A DNA stretch of 64,000 nt from Candidatus Sericytochromatia bacterium (GTDB taxonomy: Bacteria; Cyanobacteriota; Sericytochromatia; UBA7694; JACMQJ01). A model generated the notes under the pieces. That model was not told where the DNA came from. It did not search any database and was given only the letters and a program-made list of their open reading frames with translations. Positions 61,532 through 64,000 of the stretch are shown here, in pieces (position 1 is the first letter of the stretch; the number at the start of each line of letters is the position of its first letter). The stretch is from the NCBI GenBank assembly GCA_026004035.1, contig BPII01000006.1:14296-78295 (forward strand), in the 5' to 3' direction. The position numbers and the translations under genes are program-made.

Positions 61532-62452
61532 TTGTTAATAATTTTTTCTAGGTATTATATGAAGGATTATAAAATAATAAAATATAAAAATATATGGTTT
61601 ACAATATCTGCACTTCTTTTGATACCGGGTATAATAGCATTATTTTTAGGTTGGCTTAAGCCTGGTTTAGATTTTATTGGTGGTACATTAATAGAGATAA
61701 AAACAGAGAAAAATTATAATGCTCAAGAAATAAAGAATATACTTACAAAAATAGACAAAGATTTATATGCTGATGCTGTCGTCCAACCTTCTGATTTAAT
61801 ATTGAGTATAAAGGCTAAATCAATAGATAATAATCAACAAATGAAATTATTTGAAGCTCTAAAAAAAGAAATAGGAAATTTTGAACAACAAAGAGTTGAA
61901 ATAGTAGGTCCTACAATAGGTAAAGAACTTTTTAGAAATTCTATGACAGGATTTATTTTAGTAATGTTAGGAATAATAGCTTACTTATCATTTAGATTTA
62001 GATATGACTATGCTATATGTGCAATAATAGCACTAGCTCATGATGTTTTATTTTTAGTTGGAACTTTTGCAATATTAGGAAAACTTTATGGAATTGAAAT
62101 TGATAGTCTATTTGTTACCGCTGCTTTAACAGTAGCTGGTTTTTCTGTTCATGACACAATAGTTGTATATGATAGAATAAGAGAAAATTTAAAGAAATCA
62201 AAAAGAGGTACGCCAATAGAAGAGGTAGCTAATGTCAGTTTAAACCAAACTATGGCAAGAAGTATAAATACCTCTTTAACATTAGTTTTAACATTAGTTT
62301 TCTTATTTTTATTTGGTGGTGAATCTATAAAAAGTTTTACACTAGCAATGTTAATAGGTGTTATAGCCGGGACTTATTCAAGTATATGTATAGCAAGTCC
62401 TTTGATAGTTGTTTGGAGAAATTTTGAAAAATCTAAGAAAGCTTCTGCTTGA
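61532..62452 (+). CDS. secF: Protein translocase subunit SecF (stand-alone, no secD adjacent)
   Basis: IWFTISALLLIPGIIALFLGWLKPGLDFIGGTLIEI and the C-terminal 6-TM block with GFSVHDTIVVYDRIRENL are SecF signatures. Start probably at Met 61559. Confidence 0.75.
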   Translation: MLIIFSRYYMKDYKIIKYKNIWFTISALLLIPGIIALFLGWLKPGLDFIGGTLIEIKTEKNYNAQEIKNILTKIDKDLYADAVVQPSDLILSIKAKSIDNNQQMKLFEALKKEIGNFEQQRVEIVGPTIGKELFRNSMTGFILVMLGIIAYLSFRFRYDYAICAIIALAHDVLFLVGTFAILGKLYGIEIDSLFVTAALTVAGFSVHDTIVVYDRIRENLKKSKRGTPIEEVANVSLNQTMARSINTSLTLVLTLVFLFLFGGESIKSFTLAMLIGVIAGTYSSICIASPLIVVWRNFEKSKKASA

Positions 62453-63951
62453 TGAGTAACATAGATGATTTAGAAATTTTAATAAGAGCTAGATATCCAA
62501 TAATATATATAGTTTCTTATGAAGAAAGAAGAGTTGAAAATGATATTTTAAATATATCTTTAAGAAGTGATAAGAAAACCTATTCTTGGTCATCAACACA
62601 AGGTCTTATAAATGTTTCACAATCAAAAAATTATAGTATTTTGAATGAATCAAGTAAAGATATTTACACTTGTTTAGATATTATAAGTAAATCAAATGAG
62701 GCATCTATTTTTATATTAAAAGACTTACATCATTATATAAATGATCCTTTAATTAATAGAAAAATAAAAGATTTATCAATATCTTTAAAAAGCACTTTTA
62801 AAACTATTATAATTTTATCACCTATATTAAAAATTCCTACAGAATTAGAAAAAGATATTGTAGTAATAGATTATAAACTATCAGATTTTAATGATATAGC
62901 TCAACTACTTGATAAACTAATAAACTCGCTACAGATAAATAAAAAGAATGTAGAAATAAATTTATCAACATCAGATAAAGAAAGATTGATACAATCATGC
63001 TTAGGATTAACTTTAAGTGAAGTAGAGAATGTGTTAGCAAAAATAATTGTTTCTAAAAAAAGACTAGATATACAAGATATTGATTTAATAAATGAAGAAA
63101 AAAAACAAATTATAAGAAAAACGGGCTTACTTGAATTTTATTCTACAAGTGAAAATATATCTAATGTTGGTGGATTAAATAACTTAAAAATATGGTTAAA
63201 GAAAAGAAGTAGAGCATTTACTAAAGAAGCAAGAAATTATGGTTTACCACAACCAAAAGGAATTTTACTCTTAGGTGTTTCTGGTTCAGGAAAAAGTTTA
63301 GTAGCTAAATCTATATCTTCTTTATGGCATCTACCATTATTAAGGCTTGATATGGGAAATTTGTTTAGTGGTCTTGTAGGATCATCGGAAGAAAATGTAA
63401 GAAAATCTATCAAGATAGCTGAATCAGTAGCACCATGTTTATTATGGTTAGATGAAATAGATAAAAGTTTTTCTGGAATGTCTAACTCTCAAATATCGGA
63501 TGGCGGAACATCAGCAAGAGTATTATCTAGTTTTCTTACTTGGATGCAAGAAAAACAATCATCAGTATTTATAATAGCTACTGCTAATGATATATCTAAT
63601 ATGCCTCCAGAATTATTAAGAAAAGGTCGTTTTGACGAAATATTTTTTTTAGACTTACCAACTTTAAATGAAAGAAAAGAAATATTTAATATACACCTTT
63701 TAAAAAGAAATAGAAATCCAATTAATTTTGATATTCAATATTTTGCTGAAATAAGCGAAGGTTTTTCAGGGGCAGAAATTGAACAAGTTATAATATCAGC
63801 AATGTATGATAGTTTTGAAGAAAATAGAGAAGTAAGTAATAATGATATTATTAATTCAATAAAAAATTGTGTTCCATTATCAAAAACAATGAAAGAAGCA
63901 ATAGAAAATATTAGAAATTGGAGTAAAACTAGAGCAATACCTGCATCTTAG
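62449..63951 (+). CDS. AAA+ ATPase with a ~250-aa N-terminal domain of unknown function, translationally coupled to secF
   Basis: Walker A GVSGSGKS, Walker B LLWLDEIDK and arginine-finger region KGRFDEIFF. ATGA overlap with the secF stop. Confidence 0.6.
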   Translation: MMSNIDDLEILIRARYPIIYIVSYEERRVENDILNISLRSDKKTYSWSSTQGLINVSQSKNYSILNESSKDIYTCLDIISKSNEASIFILKDLHHYINDPLINRKIKDLSISLKSTFKTIIILSPILKIPTELEKDIVVIDYKLSDFNDIAQLLDKLINSLQINKKNVEINLSTSDKERLIQSCLGLTLSEVENVLAKIIVSKKRLDIQDIDLINEEKKQIIRKTGLLEFYSTSENISNVGGLNNLKIWLKKRSRAFTKEARNYGLPQPKGILLLGVSGSGKSLVAKSISSLWHLPLLRLDMGNLFSGLVGSSEENVRKSIKIAESVAPCLLWLDEIDKSFSGMSNSQISDGGTSARVLSSFLTWMQEKQSSVFIIATANDISNMPPELLRKGRFDEIFFLDLPTLNERKEIFNIHLLKRNRNPINFDIQYFAEISEGFSGAEIEQVIISAMYDSFEENREVSNNDIINSIKNCVPLSKTMKEAIENIRNWSKTRAIPAS

Positions 63952-64000
63952 ATTTAATTATTTAATCAAAATAGTTGTTTCAAGTTAAAGAATAAAAAAA

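Noticed and set aside
1-64000. tRNA, rRNA, transposase, integrase or phage genes
   Set aside because: No cloverleaf-like GC-rich segments, rRNA-like stretches or DDE/tyrosine-recombinase ORFs were recognised. The type IIG enzyme and the 140-bp repeats are the only mobile-looking components.

Overview
The window is a very AT-rich bacterial chromosomal segment (roughly a quarter to 30% G+C by eye) with Shine-Dalgarno usage (for example AAGGAGAG before the 975-aa gene).

Gene content, left to right:
- The 3' part of an RND efflux pump gene.
- A ~17-kb minus-strand block of cell-envelope proteins: a ~1900-aa beta-helix/GEVED/Cna-B/DUF11 adhesin, an ~800-aa beta-barrel-like outer-membrane protein, an ~1340-aa DUF11/Cna-B protein ending in two SLH domains, and 975-aa and 153-aa DUF11 proteins.
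- Aconitase with two membrane proteins, a D-aminoacylase and a patatin-like lipase.
- A minus-strand operon in which a 1704-aa Asn-rich giant protein is followed by three cupin_4/JmjC-like paralogues and a Pol-beta-type nucleotidyltransferase.
- pgk, a mobA-like gene, a solitary ~1265-aa type IIG restriction-modification enzyme, an etfB-like gene, an M16 peptidase, an amine oxidase and a 1085-aa WD40 protein.
- A PLP decarboxylase with a long C-terminal extension, rpe, rnc, a SpoIID-like gene, a MarR regulator, a GSCFA protein, fabD, a lone secF and an AAA+ ATPase.

No rRNA, tRNA, CRISPR array or obvious transposase gene was seen.

Non-coding signals:
- A ~140-bp interspersed element in three copies, whose ends are mutually complementary.
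- A ~60-nt promoter architecture shared by two surface-protein operons (tandem 11-bp direct repeats, then TTTAAC-N17-TTTAAT).
- A clean rho-independent terminator at 15669-15693.
- A repeat-rich 750-bp leader upstream of secF.

At least eight genes are split by +/-1 frameshifts at A/T homopolymer runs of 6 to 10 nt. These are most simply homopolymer-length errors in the assembly, but real slippage or phase variation cannot be excluded from sequence alone. The SLH proteins together with an outer-membrane beta-barrel suggest a diderm organism with an SLH-anchored outer layer. I cannot assign a taxon.
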